Source of the DNA: Limnohabitans sp. Rim8
GTDB taxonomy: Bacteria; Pseudomonadota; Gammaproteobacteria; Burkholderiales; Burkholderiaceae_C
Length of the DNA: 64,000 nucleotides
Assembly: GCF_945869175.1 (NCBI RefSeq)
Contig: NZ_CAMBNZ010000003.1
Location: 2,545-66,544 of the forward strand
Direction of reading: 5' to 3'
Below, in pieces: positions 10,046 through 21,601 of this stretch. Below the pieces are notes generated by a model. That model was not told where the DNA came from, made no database searches, and saw only the letters and a list, made by a program, of their open reading frames with translations. Position 1 is the first letter of the stretch. Each line of letters opens with the position of its first letter. Made by a program: the position numbers and the translations under genes.

Positions 10046-13000
10046 TCAGGCCAAGAGCTGGGCGTGCATTTCCTGAACAGAGATGACGCCCAACTGGTCC
10101 ATGTACTTCATACCTTCCACAGCCGCCTCCGCGCCTGCGATGGTGGTGAACGTCGTGACGCGGTTGAGCAAAGCCGAAGTTCGAATGTGACGAGAGTCGG
10201 CAATCGCATTTCGCCGTTCTTCCACTGTGTTGATGACCAACACAATTTCTCTGTTCTTGATCATGTCCACGATGTGCGGACGACCTTCCGTGACTTTGTT
10301 CACGATGGCGCAAGCCACACCCGCTTCGTTGATCGCATTGGCTGTACCTTTGGTCGCTACCAGTGCAAAGCCTTGTGCGGACAACTGACGCGCCACTTCA
10401 ATGACACGGGTCTTGTCGTTGTTTTTCACCGAAATGAACACTTTGCCAGATGGCGTACCGTCTGCCTTGTGGGAACGGGGTAACTTGGTGCCCGCACCCA
10501 ACTGGCTCTTCACAAAGGCTTCACCAAAGGTCTTGCCCACGCCCATGACTTCGCCGGTGGACTTCATCTCGGGTCCGAGAATGGTGTCCACACCCGGGAA
10601 CTTCACAAAGGGAAAAACCGCTTCTTTCACACTGAAATAAGGGGGGGTGACTTCTTTGGTGATGCCTTGCGAAGCGAGGGTTTGACCGGCCATGCAACGC
10701 GCAGCGACTTTGGCGAGCTGTATGCCTGTGGCTTTGGACACATAAGGCACTGTCCGAGAGGCTCGGGGGTTGACTTCCAGCACGTAAATGACGTCTTTGC
10801 CGTCCACGTGTTGAATGGCAAACTGCACGTTCATCAAACCCACCACATTCAAAGCACCCGCCATCGCAGCCGATTGACGCTTGAGTTCGGTCACGGTTTC
10901 GACAGACAAGGAATAAGGTGGCAAGGAGCACGCCGAGTCACCGCTGTGCACACCCGCTTGTTCAATGTGTTCCATCACGCCACCGATGAAGGTTTTGCCT
11001 TCGGGGTCGCGCAAACAGTCCACATCGCACTCGATGGCGTCGTTCAGGAAACGGTCGAGCAAAACGGGCGAATCGTGCGACACTTTCACCGCTTCGCGCA
11101 TATAGCGCTCCAGGTCGCGCTGCTCGTGCACGATTTCCATCGCGCGGCCACCCAACACATAGCTGGGGCGAACGACCAAGGGGTAGCCCAACGATGCGGC
11201 TTTTTCCAAAGCTTCTGGCTCTGTGCGCGCGGTGGCGTTGGGTGGCTGACGCAAGCCCAGGTCCTGCAACAACTTTTGGAAGCGCTCACGGTCTTCGGCC
11301 GCGTCAATCATGTCGGGGCTGGTGCCGATGATGGGCACGCCAGCGGCTTCCAAATCCAGCGCCAATTTCAATGGGGTTTGACCACCATATTGAACGATGA
11401 CGCCCGTGGGTTTTTCTTTGTTGACGATTTCGAGCACATCCTCCAAAGTGACGGGCTCAAAATACAAGCGGTCCGAGGTGTCGTAGTCGGTCGACACGGT
11501 CTCGGGGTTGCAATTGACCATGATGGTTTCATAGCCGTCTTCTCGCATGGCAAGCGCTGCATGAACGCAGCAATAGTCAAATTCGATGCCTTGGCCAATG
11601 CGGTTGGGGCCACCACCCAGCACCATGATCTTCTTGTTCGTCGTAGGCTCTGCTTCACACTCACCATCACCATGGCCCTCATAACAAGAGTACATGTAGG
11701 CAGTATCGGTTGAGAATTCGGCAGCACAGGTGTCCACCCGTTTGTAAACGGGGCGAATGTTCAGGGCGTGGCGCCGTGCGCGAACCACGTGTTCAGTGGT
11801 CTTGAGCAACTTGGCCAATCGACGGTCAGAAAAACCCTTCTTTTTCAGGGCGCGCAACTCGTCGGCCGTGATGGCCTCGAGTGTGGTGGTTTCCAACTCC
11901 AACTCGATTTTGACAATTTCTTCAATCTGCACCAAAAACCAAGGATCGATTTTGGTCAGAGCAAACACCTCGTCCACGCTCAGGCCCATGGCGAAGGCAT
12001 CGCCCACATACCAAATGCGCTCAGGACCGGGCTCGCCCAGTTCCTTCTCGAGCACTTCGCGGTCCTGGGTTTTTTCGTTCATGCCGTCCACGCCCACTTC
12101 CAAACCACGCAGGGCTTTTTGGAAAGACTCCTGGAAGGTGCGGCCCATGGCCATGACCTCGCCCACCGACTTCATCTGGGTGGTCAAACGGCTGTCAGCA
12201 GTCGGGAATTTTTCAAACGCAAAACGTGGGATTTTGGTGACCACATAGTCGATCGAAGGCTCGAACGAAGCGGGGGTGGCGCCGCCCGTGATGTCATTGC
12301 GCAACTCGTCGAGTGTGTAGCCCACAGCCAATTTGGCCGCGACTTTGGCGATCGGAAAACCTGTGGCTTTGGACGCCAGTGCGGACGAGCGCGACACGCG
12401 GGGGTTCATCTCGATCACCACCATGCGGCCGTCTTTGGGGTTGATGGAAAACTGCACATTAGAGCCACCGGTGTCCACACCGATCTCTCGCAAAACCGCC
12501 AAAGAGGCGTTGCGCAAAATTTGGTATTCCTTGTCGGTCAAGGTTTGGGCAGGCGCCACTGTGATGGAGTCCCCGGTGTGCACGCCCATCGGGTCCAAGT
12601 TTTCGATTGAACACACAATGATGCAGTTGTCCGCTTTGTCGCGGACCACTTCCATCTCGTACTCTTTCCAGCCGAGCAGAGATTCTTCGATCAGCAATTC
12701 GGTGGTGGGTGAGGCCTCCAAACCGCGCTTGCAAATCACTTCGAAGTCTTCGGGGTTGTAGGCGATGCCGCCGCCCGTGCCGCCCAGGGTGAAGCTCGGG
12801 CGAATGACGGTGGGGAAACCCAAGGTCTTTTGAACCTCCCAGGCCTCTTCTATGCTGTGCGCAATGCCGGAACGTGCTGAGCCCAGACCAATTTTGGTCA
12901 TGGCGTCTTTGAACTTCAAACGGTCTTCGGCTTTGTCAATGGCCTCCGGCGTAGCACCGATCAACTCAACCTTGTACTTTTCGAGCACACCGTGGTGCCA

Positions 13001-13306
13001 CAAGTCCAAGGCGCAGTTCAGGGCCGTTTGTCCCCCCATGGTGGGCAAGATGGCATCGGGACGCTCTTTGGCGATGATTTTTTCAACCGTTTGCCAAGTG
13101 ATGGGCTCGATGTAGGTGACATCGGCAGTGGCCGGGTCGGTCATGATCGTGGCGGGATTGCTGTTGATCAAGATGACTTTGTAGCCCTCCTCGCGCAAAG
13201 CTTTACAAGCTTGCACGCCAGAGTAGTCGAACTCGCAGGCCTGCCCGATGATGATCGGGCCTGCGCCAATGATGAGGATGCTTTTGAGGTCGGTGCGCTT
13301 TGGCAT
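10046..13306 (-). CDS. carB: carbamoyl-phosphate synthase large subunit
   Basis: 1086 aa. It starts [30 protein letters not shown], has duplicated ATP-grasp halves and an MGS-like C-terminus. Confidence 0.97.
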   Translation of the reverse strand: MPKRTDLKSILIIGAGPIIIGQACEFDYSGVQACKALREEGYKVILINSNPATIMTDPATADVTYIEPITWQTVEKIIAKERPDAILPTMGGQTALNCALDLWHHGVLEKYKVELIGATPEAIDKAEDRLKFKDAMTKIGLGSARSGIAHSIEEAWEVQKTLGFPTVIRPSFTLGGTGGGIAYNPEDFEVICKRGLEASPTTELLIEESLLGWKEYEMEVVRDKADNCIIVCSIENLDPMGVHTGDSITVAPAQTLTDKEYQILRNASLAVLREIGVDTGGSNVQFSINPKDGRMVVIEMNPRVSRSSALASKATGFPIAKVAAKLAVGYTLDELRNDITGGATPASFEPSIDYVVTKIPRFAFEKFPTADSRLTTQMKSVGEVMAMGRTFQESFQKALRGLEVGVDGMNEKTQDREVLEKELGEPGPERIWYVGDAFAMGLSVDEVFALTKIDPWFLVQIEEIVKIELELETTTLEAITADELRALKKKGFSDRRLAKLLKTTEHVVRARRHALNIRPVYKRVDTCAAEFSTDTAYMYSCYEGHGDGECEAEPTTNKKIMVLGGGPNRIGQGIEFDYCCVHAALAMREDGYETIMVNCNPETVSTDYDTSDRLYFEPVTLEDVLEIVNKEKPTGVIVQYGGQTPLKLALDLEAAGVPIIGTSPDMIDAAEDRERFQKLLQDLGLRQPPNATARTEPEALEKAASLGYPLVVRPSYVLGGRAMEIVHEQRDLERYMREAVKVSHDSPVLLDRFLNDAIECDVDCLRDPEGKTFIGGVMEHIEQAGVHSGDSACSLPPYSLSVETVTELKRQSAAMAGALNVVGLMNVQFAIQHVDGKDVIYVLEVNPRASRTVPYVSKATGIQLAKVAARCMAGQTLASQGITKEVTPPYFSVKEAVFPFVKFPGVDTILGPEMKSTGEVMGVGKTFGEAFVKSQLGAGTKLPRSHKADGTPSGKVFISVKNNDKTRVIEVARQLSAQGFALVATKGTANAINEAGVACAIVNKVTEGRPHIVDMIKNREIVLVINTVEERRNAIADSRHIRTSALLNRVTTFTTIAGAEAAVEGMKYMDQLGVISVQEMHAQLLA

Positions 13307-13308
13307 GG

Positions 13309-14472
13309 TTATTTCGCCTCCATCAATTGGATGAAGCGGTCAAAGAGGTAAGCAATGTCATGTGGGCCAGGCGATGCTTCAGGGTGCCCTTGAAAGCAAA
13401 ACGCGGGCTTGTCGGTGCGGACCAAGCCTTGCAAAGTGCCGTCAAACAAGGACACATGCGTGGCACGCAAATTGGCAGGCAGCGATTTTTCATCCACTGC
13501 AAAACCGTGGTTTTGACTGGTGATGGACACGCGTCCAGAGTCCAGGTCTTTCACAGGGTGGTTGGCGCCGTGGTGACCAAACTTCATCTTGAACGTCTTG
13601 GCGCCACTGGCCAAGGCCATGATTTGGTGACCCAGGCAAATGCCGAATGTGGGAATACCGGTTTCGATCAACTCAGCCGTCGCCGCAATCGCGTAATCGC
13701 AAGGCTGTGGGTCGCCAGGGCCGTTGGACAAAAAGATGCCGTCAGGCCTGTGCTTGAGCACCTCAGCCACAGGGGTCTTGGCTGGCACTACGGTGACCTT
13801 GCAACCGCGCGCGGCCAACATGCGCAAGATGTTTTTCTTCACGCCAAAGTCATAAGCGACCACATGGAACTTGGGCGCAGTCAAGTTGCCGTAGCCTTTG
13901 CCCAATGTCCACTCGGTTTGTGTCCACTCATAGGGCTGGGACACCGTGACTTGTTGCGCCAAATCAAGGCCAGCCATATTGGGCGCGCCTTTGGCTGCGG
14001 CCACCGCTTGGTCGATCACCGCTTGTGTGACTTCTTGGCCTTTGGCCAGGCCCACGATCGCGCCGTTTTGCGCGCCCTGAGTGCGCAAGATGCGTGTCAG
14101 CTGTCTTGTGTCGATGTTGGCAATGGCCACCGTGCCTGCATCGGCCAAATAGGCCGACAAGCTTTGGCCAGAACGAAAGTTACTGGCCACCAAAGGCAAG
14201 TCTTTGATGATCAAGCCAGCAGCATGGACTTTGTCAGATTCGATGTCTTCCACATTGACGCCATAGTTGCCAATGTGCGGATACGTCAAGGTGACGATCT
14301 GCTGGCAGTAGCTGGGGTCGGTGAGGATTTCCTGGTAGCCGGTGAGTGAGGTGTTGAACACCACTTCGCCGACTGTGGAGCCAGCGGCTCCGATCGAGTT
14401 GCCGATAAAGACCGTGCCGTCTGCGAGCGCCAAGATGGCGGGCGGGAAAGTTCCCTGAAGAGACAAAAGCAC
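13309..14472 (-). CDS. carA: carbamoyl-phosphate synthase small (glutaminase) subunit
   Basis: [44 protein letters not shown] aligns with the CarA N-terminus, and the GATase block GICLGHQ is present. I placed the start at the GTG at 14472, which follows GGAGAA by 6 nt. The ORF-track start at 14508 is also a GTG and remains possible. Confidence 0.92.
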   Translation of the reverse strand: MLLSLQGTFPPAILALADGTVFIGNSIGAAGSTVGEVVFNTSLTGYQEILTDPSYCQQIVTLTYPHIGNYGVNVEDIESDKVHAAGLIIKDLPLVASNFRSGQSLSAYLADAGTVAIANIDTRQLTRILRTQGAQNGAIVGLAKGQEVTQAVIDQAVAAAKGAPNMAGLDLAQQVTVSQPYEWTQTEWTLGKGYGNLTAPKFHVVAYDFGVKKNILRMLAARGCKVTVVPAKTPVAEVLKHRPDGIFLSNGPGDPQPCDYAIAATAELIETGIPTFGICLGHQIMALASGAKTFKMKFGHHGANHPVKDLDSGRVSITSQNHGFAVDEKSLPANLRATHVSLFDGTLQGLVRTDKPAFCFQGHPEASPGPHDIAYLFDRFIQLMEAK

Positions 14473-14512
14473 TGGGTTCTCCGGAATAGTTCGGGTACGC
14501 CTCAGCACTCAC

Positions 14513-14529
14513 AAGAGATGTGATCTCTT
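14513..14529. promoter_or_regulatory. 7-bp perfect palindrome (AAGAGAT-gtg-ATCTCTT) in the carA leader
   Basis: Read directly from the sequence. It lies about 40 nt upstream of the carA start. A perfect minus-strand TATAAT is at 14600..14605, but its best -35 match (TTGTCA) is spaced 22 bp away, which is poor. Confidence 0.25.
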
Positions 14530-14670
14530 TTTGGCTGCTTGTTCGAGGATTGGGCCTGGGATGGACTGTGGCGTACAGGTTGATGCGGGAAAGCCCACTA
14601 TTATAGCCGAGTACTACTTGAAAACCCTGACAAATCAGTCCTCGAAAGCCAAGCCGTTCAGCCTACAGCT

Positions 14671-15486
14671 TCACAATGCAACGGTCGCACTGGCGTGCAA
14701 ACAAATGGCGGCAGCGGTTGCCACATTCAAGGACTCCTCGCCGCCGGGCTGGGCGATGCGAACGGAATGCTGGGCCATGGCCAGCAGGTCTTCACTCACG
14801 CCCTGCCCTTCGTGCCCGAAAACCCAGGCGCAGGGGCTGGGAAAGTCACCCCGCCTGAGCATTTCATGCAAAAAAGGACCTTCATGGGAGCTGGTGGACA
14901 AAACGGGCACTTGCAAAGCGGCCACATCGGATGGACTCACCGACTCGACCAATTTCAGACCACAATGCGCTCCCATGCCTGCTCTCAACACTTTGGGTGA
15001 CCACAGAGCGGCCGTGCCCTTGATGGCCAAAACCTGGCGATAACCAAATGCCGACGCACATCGCAAAATGGCCCCCACATTGCCTGCATCTTGCAAACGG
15101 TCCAAAACCACTGTGGGCATTTCAGCAACGATCTGTGTTTCTGCCATCCAAGCGACAACGAAGCCCATGCGTGCAGGCGATTCCAGGCCACTCAGACTGG
15201 CAAACAAGGCATCAGGCAAGACAAAGACCTGATCCGTCAACCCCATCCAATGTTGGCCTTGCTCAACCTGAAAAGACTCGGTCATTACCACCTGAGAAGG
15301 ACGCACGCCGCGCTCAAGGGCTGCCATGCACAGGTGATCGCCCTCCAGCCAAAACTGTTCAGCTTTGCGGTAAGCGGTAGTTTCCTGGGCCAAACGCCGC
15401 CAGAGCTTCACATGCGGGTTGTCTCTCGACGTGATCAAATGCACCGCACACTCCTGGCCACTGGGGCAAATGTCATTCTGTGGCAA
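14671..15486 (-). CDS. TrmH/SpoU-family RNA 2'-O-methyltransferase
   Basis: 271 aa. The C-terminal SpoU knot region reads [10 protein letters not shown]...[20 protein letters not shown]. The true start may be the GTG at 15447. The gene overlaps the rnhB stop. Confidence 0.8.
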   Translation of the reverse strand: MPQNDICPSGQECAVHLITSRDNPHVKLWRRLAQETTAYRKAEQFWLEGDHLCMAALERGVRPSQVVMTESFQVEQGQHWMGLTDQVFVLPDALFASLSGLESPARMGFVVAWMAETQIVAEMPTVVLDRLQDAGNVGAILRCASAFGYRQVLAIKGTAALWSPKVLRAGMGAHCGLKLVESVSPSDVAALQVPVLSTSSHEGPFLHEMLRRGDFPSPCAWVFGHEGQGVSEDLLAMAQHSVRIAQPGGEESLNVATAAAICLHASATVAL

Positions 15487-16058
15487 TCCGCCGGACCATG
15501 GGCTTGTAATGCAGCCAAGTGTTGGGCTGTGCCATAACCTTTGTGCTGGTCAAACCCATACATCGGATGGCGCTGGTGCATCGCTTCGCACAAACGGTCG
15601 CGGTGTACCTTGGCCAAGATGGAGGCCGCCGAAATGGCTGGCACCAAAGCATCCCCCTGCACGATGGCTTCTGCCCGAATGGACAAGGTGGGCAATCGGT
15701 TGCCATCGACCAGCACCAACTTAGGGGGCAGTCGCAAAGCCTCGACGGCCCGTTTCATGGCCAACATCGTGGCTTGCAATATATTGAGTTGGTCAATTTC
15801 TTGCTCGCTCGCTTGCGCAATGGCAAAACACAGCGCACGCGCCCGGATCTCGTCAAACAAAGCCTCGCGGCGTTTGGCTGTCAGTTTTTTCGAGTCATTC
15901 AGCCCTCGAATAGGGTTCAAGTCGTCAAGGATCACGGCCGCCGCGACCACGGGGCCCGCCAATGGACCGCGCCCAGCCTCATCCACCCCGGCCATCAAGC
16001 CATCGGTATCCCAATTCAAGGTTTTTTGCTCAAGCAGCAATGGTTTTTTGAATCGCAT
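15435..16058 (-). CDS. rnhB: ribonuclease HII
   Basis: 207 aa. It has the [21 protein letters not shown] catalytic motif and DSKKLT. Confidence 0.92.
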   Translation of the reverse strand: MRFKKPLLLEQKTLNWDTDGLMAGVDEAGRGPLAGPVVAAAVILDDLNPIRGLNDSKKLTAKRREALFDEIRARALCFAIAQASEQEIDQLNILQATMLAMKRAVEALRLPPKLVLVDGNRLPTLSIRAEAIVQGDALVPAISAASILAKVHRDRLCEAMHQRHPMYGFDQHKGYGTAQHLAALQAHGPADCHRMTFAPVARSVRCI

Positions 16059-17169
16059 GGGCGGCCAGCGTTGGCATGTCCTGACGCAGTTGATGGTGCA
16101 AAACGGTGAACCGATCCTGAAGAAGGGCCACTGCCGTGGGATCGTCCAGCCACCGCATCACCGCATTCGCGAGCGCTTGAGCTTGCACTTGCTCTTGCAA
16201 AAACTCGGGCAGCAAACTTTCGTTACACAAAATATTGGGCAACCCCACCCATGGCAGCAAGCGCTGGCGGTTGGCAATCTGCCAAGACAGCCATTGCATT
16301 TTGTAGGCGATGACCATGGGGCGCTTGTGCAAAGCGGTTTCCAATGTGGCGGTACCGCTGGCCACCAGCGCCACATCACAAGCCGCCTGCACCTCGTGCG
16401 AACGGCCCATCACCAAATGCACATGGGCTTGCATGCCCGTCTGGGCCATGACCGCCTGAATCATGGGCTTCAACAGGCCATGCGTAGGCAAGACAAATCG
16501 TAATCCAGGCCGTTGCTTCAGCATGAGCTGGGCCGCTTGCAGGAACGGCAAAGCCAAACCCTTGACCTCAGAGGGTCTGCTGCCGGGCAGCAAAGCCACG
16601 ACGGTGGCCTCGGCGGGCAAATCCAAGGCCTGCCGGGCTTGCAATCGGTCAGGCTCCAGTGCGATCACATCGGCCACCGGGTGGCCGACGAACGTGCCCT
16701 CAATCCCATGCTGGGCCAACAAATCCGGCTCAAAAGGGTAAATGCACAGGACATGGTCTACGCTGTCGCGAATTTTTTGCACCCGCTCAGGGCGCCAAGC
16801 CCAAATGGACGGGCACACCAGTTGAACCGTGGGAACACCCTTTTGACGCAGCAAGCGCTCCACCGGCAAGTTGAAGTCCGAGGCATCCACTCCCACATAC
16901 AGGTCGGGCAGGTCACTGAGCACCTGTTGAATCAAGGCCTGTCGGATGCCGTTGATATGACGGTAATTCCAAAGCGCTTCCACCAATCCCCGTACAGACA
17001 ACTCATCGCAGGACCAGCGCGAGACAAATCCTGTCGCATCCATCTGTGGCCCGCCAATGCCAGAAGCTTGCAAGCCGGGCCACACTTTGTGCAGACCACC
17101 CAGCAGCAAGGCCGCGAGCATGTCACCCGAACGCTCGGCAGCGACCATGCTCACCCTCAGGTCTGGCAT
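16030..17169 (-). CDS. lpxB: lipid-A-disaccharide synthase
   Basis: The ORF is trimmed to the ATG at 17169 ([20 protein letters not shown]). A GT19-like sequence runs throughout. Trimmed length is 379 aa. Confidence 0.9.
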   Translation of the reverse strand: MPDLRVSMVAAERSGDMLAALLLGGLHKVWPGLQASGIGGPQMDATGFVSRWSCDELSVRGLVEALWNYRHINGIRQALIQQVLSDLPDLYVGVDASDFNLPVERLLRQKGVPTVQLVCPSIWAWRPERVQKIRDSVDHVLCIYPFEPDLLAQHGIEGTFVGHPVADVIALEPDRLQARQALDLPAEATVVALLPGSRPSEVKGLALPFLQAAQLMLKQRPGLRFVLPTHGLLKPMIQAVMAQTGMQAHVHLVMGRSHEVQAACDVALVASGTATLETALHKRPMVIAYKMQWLSWQIANRQRLLPWVGLPNILCNESLLPEFLQEQVQAQALANAVMRWLDDPTAVALLQDRFTVLHHQLRQDMPTLAAHAIQKTIAA

Positions 17170-17207
17170 GGTGGCATCCGATGTCGCGCGCAAGCCTGAC
17201 AAATCCA

Positions 17208-18308
17208 TCACGCGGTCAACGCCTGGCGAATCACACCACACACCTCGTCAATCGACTCGTTGCTCAACTCGGGGTAGATTGGCAGGGACAGGCAGTGCTC
17301 GGCCACCGATTCGGTGACAGGAAAACGGGTACCGTCTGCGATTGAGGCAAACACTTTTTGCTGGTGCAAAGGCACGGGATAATAAACAGCGCTGGCGATT
17401 TTGTGCTCAGTCAAAGCCTGTTGAATGGCCGCACGGTGATCGGTCAACACGGTGTACTGGTGGAACACATGCAAGCCCACGCCATCTTCGCAGGGCGTTT
17501 GCAAATTCAGGAAACACAAGCCAGCGTTGTAGCGGTGAGCAACGCGGCGACGCTCTTGGTTGTAATGGTCAATCAACGGCAGCTTGGCCCGCAGCACCAC
17601 GGCCTGCAGTTCATCAAGTCGGCTGTTGTAACCCACGATGTCGTGGTAATAACGCACCTTGCTGCCGTGGTTGCGCAGCATGCGCAGGGTTTCCGCCATG
17701 TCGTCAGACTGCGTTGTGATCATGCCGCCGTCGCCAAAGCAGCCCAAATTTTTACTGGGGAAAAAGCTGAAAGCCGCCACATCGCCAAGCGCTCCGGTTT
17801 TGCGGCCACCGATGTCGGCACCAAAAGATTGAGCGCAGTCCTCCACCAATTGAAGCTGGTGCTCTTTGGCCAAGGCCATCAACGGCGCCAAATTGGCGGG
17901 CTGTCCAAACAAATGCACTGGCAGCAAAGCCTTGGTTTGGGGGGTGATGGCGCGCTGGGCCTGCGCCACGTCGATGTTGAAGGTGCAGGGATCGATGTCC
18001 ACAAAAACCGCTTTGGCACCCACATAGGCAATGGCCTCGGCAGTGGCAATGAAGGTGAAAGGCGTGGTGATCACTTCGTCGCCAGGCCCAATGCCGGCAG
18101 CCAGCAAAGCCAAGTGCAAAGCATCGGTGCCGTTGGCGCAAGTGATGGCGTGGGCCACGCCCAGATAGTCGGCCGCCTCTTTCTCAAAGGCTTGAACATT
18201 GGGGCCCAAAATAAACTGCGCTGCAGACAAGGCCTTCAAAAATGCAGGCTCCAGCTCAGGCTGGAGATCGCGGTATTGCGCGACCAGATCGACCATAGGG
18301 ATGGGCAT
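17208..18308 (-). CDS. DegT/DnrJ/EryC1/StrS-family PLP aminotransferase (GnnB-like, candidate UDP-3-keto-GlcNAc transaminase)
   Basis: 366 aa. It has GTDALHLAL, DEVITTPFTFIAT and the PLP-lysine block FSFFPSKNLGCFGDGG. It sits between lpxA and lpxB. Confidence 0.85.
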   Translation of the reverse strand: MPIPMVDLVAQYRDLQPELEPAFLKALSAAQFILGPNVQAFEKEAADYLGVAHAITCANGTDALHLALLAAGIGPGDEVITTPFTFIATAEAIAYVGAKAVFVDIDPCTFNIDVAQAQRAITPQTKALLPVHLFGQPANLAPLMALAKEHQLQLVEDCAQSFGADIGGRKTGALGDVAAFSFFPSKNLGCFGDGGMITTQSDDMAETLRMLRNHGSKVRYYHDIVGYNSRLDELQAVVLRAKLPLIDHYNQERRRVAHRYNAGLCFLNLQTPCEDGVGLHVFHQYTVLTDHRAAIQQALTEHKIASAVYYPVPLHQQKVFASIADGTRFPVTESVAEHCLSLPIYPELSNESIDEVCGVIRQALTA

Positions 18309-18334
18309 GGCGTACCTTTCAATTGTGCAAAAAA

Positions 18335-19276
18335 TCAGGAAATCAAACGGGTGGCGTCGGTGATGCGTTGAACAGCTTGCAAGGCACGCCGTCCAGCCTC
18401 ACCACTCACTTTGGGGGGACGTTGATGTCGAACGCTCTCCACAAAGTCAAAAATCTCGGCAAACAAGGGATCGGCTTCGCCAAAGGATTGCTCATGGCGC
18501 TCAATCGCCTGCTCAGGATCGGCCAAAGGCGATGTGGCGCCTCGGTAAGTGGTCAAGGTGCGCGCCTGAAAATCCAGAGAGTGGCAGGCTTGGTCTTGAA
18601 AGACCCGCATTTTGCGCTCGCTCTTGGCGCTCACCCGACTGGCGGTGACATTGGCCACGCAGCCATTGGCAAACCGAATCCGTGCATTGGCAATGTCGAT
18701 GTCGGCAGTCAGCACACGCGCACCCGAACACTCCACGCTTTCCACCTCGCTGTTGACCAAAGACAAAATCAAATCGACATCGTGGATCATCAAGTCCAGC
18801 AACACACTGACGTCGGTGGCCCGTGGTTTGAAAGGGGCCAAGCGGGAACTGTCGATGAAACGGGGGTTCGACAGCAAGGGCTCTAAGGCCAAAGCGGCAG
18901 GGTTGAAACGCTCTAAATGACCGACGGCCAACACGCAATGGTTTTCTTTGGCCAGTCGGATCAACTCATCGGCCTGCTCCAAGGTGGTGGTCATGGGTTT
19001 TTCCACCAAGACATGCACACCAGCCCGCAAAAAATCGGCGCACACCTCGTGATGCCCTTGCGTGGGCACCACAATACTCACCGCATCCACCTGCCCGATC
19101 AAAGACCGGTAATCGGTGAGGGCAGCACAGTGCAGCGGGCCAGCGACAGCATCAGCTTGTTCCTGACGGCTGTCCACCACGGCCACCAACTGACACGCTG
19201 GAATTTTGGCGTACTTTTGAGCATGAAACTTGCCCAGATAACCAACGCCAATCACGGCGCAACGCAACAGGGCCAA
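18335..19276 (-). CDS. Gfo/Idh/MocA-family NAD-dependent oxidoreductase (GnnA-like, candidate UDP-GlcNAc 3-dehydrogenase)
   Basis: 313 aa. It has the Rossmann N-terminus CAVIGVGYLGKFHA and the EKP motif VLVEKPM. It lies directly downstream of lpxA. Confidence 0.85.
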   Translation of the reverse strand: MALLRCAVIGVGYLGKFHAQKYAKIPACQLVAVVDSRQEQADAVAGPLHCAALTDYRSLIGQVDAVSIVVPTQGHHEVCADFLRAGVHVLVEKPMTTTLEQADELIRLAKENHCVLAVGHLERFNPAALALEPLLSNPRFIDSSRLAPFKPRATDVSVLLDLMIHDVDLILSLVNSEVESVECSGARVLTADIDIANARIRFANGCVANVTASRVSAKSERKMRVFQDQACHSLDFQARTLTTYRGATSPLADPEQAIERHEQSFGEADPLFAEIFDFVESVRHQRPPKVSGEAGRRALQAVQRITDATRLIS

Positions 19277-19327
19277 GGGGCCCTCCTTTCATGCTCGGCC
19301 GGGACCCATTCCCAACCCTTGAAATTT

Positions 19328-20143
19328 TCAATCCACCGAACGGCGACGCGAACGAACGATGCCGACCTTGGGGGAAACACCCGCCAGGAAGTCCACCATC
19401 ATGTCGACATCGGCCTGGATCTCGGGTTTGTCCTTGGCCATTTGCACGATGCGTTCTTTGGACGCATCCAAACTGAGGTTTTCCCGGTACAGGGCTTTGT
19501 GCATGGCGCGAACAGTCGCAATGCGGTCGGGCGAATAACCGCGACGACGCAAACCTTCCGCGTTCACCGTGCGGGCAGATGCGGGTTGGCCTTGGCAGGT
19601 CACATAAGGCGGAAGATCCGCGAACAACAAGGTGCACATGGCGGTGAAGCTGTGTGCGCCCAAACGCAGAAATTGGCGAACCACGGTGAAACCCCCCAAG
19701 ATGACCCAATCACCCACCACCACGTGCCCTGCCAACTGCGAGTTGTTGGCGAAGATCGTGTGACTGCCTATTTGGCAGTCGTGCGCCAAATGCACGTAAG
19801 CCATGAACAGGTTGTCATCGCCCACCCGCGTCACGCCGCCCCCATTCACTGTTCCGGCATTGAAGGTGCAAAATTCGCGGATGGTGTTTCCATGGCCAAT
19901 TTCCAGACGAGTGGGTTCGCCCGCATACTTTTTATCCTGAGGCGCTGCGCCCAAGGAGGTGTAACTGTGGACATGGTTGTTCTGTCCCATCGTGGTGTAA
20001 CCCTCGATCGTGCAATGCGAGCCCACGGTTGAACCCGCACCGATCACCACGTTCGGTCCAATGGTGGTGAAAGGCCCAACCGTGACAGAAGCATCAAGTT
20101 GGGCGGCTGGATCGACCAATGCGGTAGAGTGAATAGTCGCCAT
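19328..20143 (-). CDS. lpxA: acyl-ACP--UDP-N-acetylglucosamine O-acyltransferase
   Basis: 271 aa. It starts MATIHSTALVDPAAQLDASVTVGPFTTIGPNVVIG, carries left-handed beta-helix hexapeptide repeats and has the alpha-helical C-terminal domain. Confidence 0.93.
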   Translation of the reverse strand: MATIHSTALVDPAAQLDASVTVGPFTTIGPNVVIGAGSTVGSHCTIEGYTTMGQNNHVHSYTSLGAAPQDKKYAGEPTRLEIGHGNTIREFCTFNAGTVNGGGVTRVGDDNLFMAYVHLAHDCQIGSHTIFANNSQLAGHVVVGDWVILGGFTVVRQFLRLGAHSFTAMCTLLFADLPPYVTCQGQPASARTVNAEGLRRRGYSPDRIATVRAMHKALYRENLSLDASKERIVQMAKDKPEIQADVDMMVDFLAGVSPKVGIVRSRRRSVD

Positions 20144-20149
20144 AGGTCC

Positions 20150-20590
20150 TCACGCGATTTTGCGCATGGTGCACATCAATTCAGCCTCACAAGCCAGTTC
20201 ATCTCCGACTTTGGCTTGGGCTTTGAATTTGAAAATTCCAGCTTTCATGCGGTCAAGCCGCACCTCCAATGTCAGTTGATCACCAGGCTCCACAGGTCGC
20301 TTGAAACGCGCGCCGTCAATCCCCGCAAAGTAGTAAAGCGTATTCTCGTCAGGGGCTGCATCCAAGCTGTCAAAAGTCAACAGGGCTGCCGCCTGGGCCA
20401 GTGCCTCCAGCATCAAGACGCCCGGCATGACAGGACGGTGAGGAAAATGACCGGTGAAAAATGGTTCATTGATCGTGACGTTTTTCAAGGCTTTGATGCG
20501 TACGCCTTTTTCGATTTCGAGCACGCGGTCCACCAGTAAAAACGGGTAACGGTGCGGCAGTAGTTTGAGAATTTTATGGATGTCCATCAT
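20150..20590 (-). CDS. fabZ: 3-hydroxyacyl-ACP dehydratase FabZ
   Basis: The ORF is trimmed to the ATG at 20590 ([23 protein letters not shown]). The motif [16 protein letters not shown] is present. Length is 146 aa. Confidence 0.93.
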   Translation of the reverse strand: MMDIHKILKLLPHRYPFLLVDRVLEIEKGVRIKALKNVTINEPFFTGHFPHRPVMPGVLMLEALAQAAALLTFDSLDAAPDENTLYYFAGIDGARFKRPVEPGDQLTLEVRLDRMKAGIFKFKAQAKVGDELACEAELMCTMRKIA

Positions 20591-21596
20591 GGTCGTTTTC
20601 CTGATTGTTCTGAATGTCGGCTTCAAGCGCTTTGATGCGTTCACGCAAGCGGGACAATTGTTTGAGGCTGGCCGCGTTCTTTTCCCAATTGGCGTTGGTG
20701 TCCAAGGGGAACATGCCGGTGTAGTTGCCGGGCTGAGTGATGGAGCGCGTGACCACCGAGGCTGCTGAAATGTGCACATGGTCCGCCAAGGTCAAATGCC
20801 CCAGCACCACCGCGCCACCGCCGACCGTGCAATGGGCACCGATCCGGGCACTCCCGGCCACACCCACACAACCGGCCATGGCGGTGTGTTTGCCAACCTG
20901 CACGTTGTGCCCGATTTGAATCAGGTTGTCCAACTTCACACCGTCTTCAATCACCGTATCTGCCAAAGCACCACGGTCAATGCAGGTGTTGGCACCGATT
21001 TCCACATCGTCGCCAATGCGCACCGCGCCCAGTTGCTCAATTTTTTCCCATCGCCCTTGGTGGGGGGCAAAACCAAAACCATCGGCACCGATCACCACAC
21101 CGGAATGGATCAGGCAGCGCGCTCCGATTTTGCAGTCTTCACCGACGGTGACACGCGACTTCAGCCAAGTTGCGGGGCCGATCTCGGCACCGCGTTCAAT
21201 TACGCACAAAGGGCCGATCACGGCATCTTCGGCAATCAACGCATCCCGGTCAACCACCGCAGTGGGATGAATTTGAGGACCAGCAGGGCTTGGGTGCGCG
21301 CGCTTCCATAAACGGGTCAAGCGGGCAAAATACAAATAGGGGTCGTCGGTGATGATGGCCGCTGATCGGTGGGCGACTTGGGACTCGAAAGCGGGGGCAA
21401 CAATCACACAGCCCGCCATGCTGGTCGACAACTGGTTTTGAAACCGTGCTTGACTTAAAAAACTGACCTGCCCGACTTGCGCGGTCTGCAGCGGTGCCAG
21501 CCCAGACACTTGCATGTCGGGAGAACCCAACAAACGGCCGCCCAAGGTCTCAACAATAGCGCCAAGCGTCAGCGACACGGTCTCAAACAGGCTCAA
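20574..21596 (-). CDS. lpxD: UDP-3-O-acylglucosamine N-acyltransferase
   Basis: 340 aa. It has hexapeptide repeats and a C-terminal coiled region. Its position upstream of fabZ is the conserved one. Confidence 0.92.
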   Translation of the reverse strand: MSLFETVSLTLGAIVETLGGRLLGSPDMQVSGLAPLQTAQVGQVSFLSQARFQNQLSTSMAGCVIVAPAFESQVAHRSAAIITDDPYLYFARLTRLWKRAHPSPAGPQIHPTAVVDRDALIAEDAVIGPLCVIERGAEIGPATWLKSRVTVGEDCKIGARCLIHSGVVIGADGFGFAPHQGRWEKIEQLGAVRIGDDVEIGANTCIDRGALADTVIEDGVKLDNLIQIGHNVQVGKHTAMAGCVGVAGSARIGAHCTVGGGAVVLGHLTLADHVHISAASVVTRSITQPGNYTGMFPLDTNANWEKNAASLKQLSRLRERIKALEADIQNNQENDHDGHP

Positions 21597-21601
21597 GCCT
21601 G

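Noticed and set aside
10667-20032. Several long plus-strand ORFs: 10667..11713, 11768..12610, 13300..14349, 17358..18371 and 18917..20032.
   Set aside because: All are mirror-frame ORFs opposite carB, carA, the DegT and Gfo/Idh/MocA genes and lpxA. None shows a recognisable domain. Such ORFs are expected in high-GC coding DNA.
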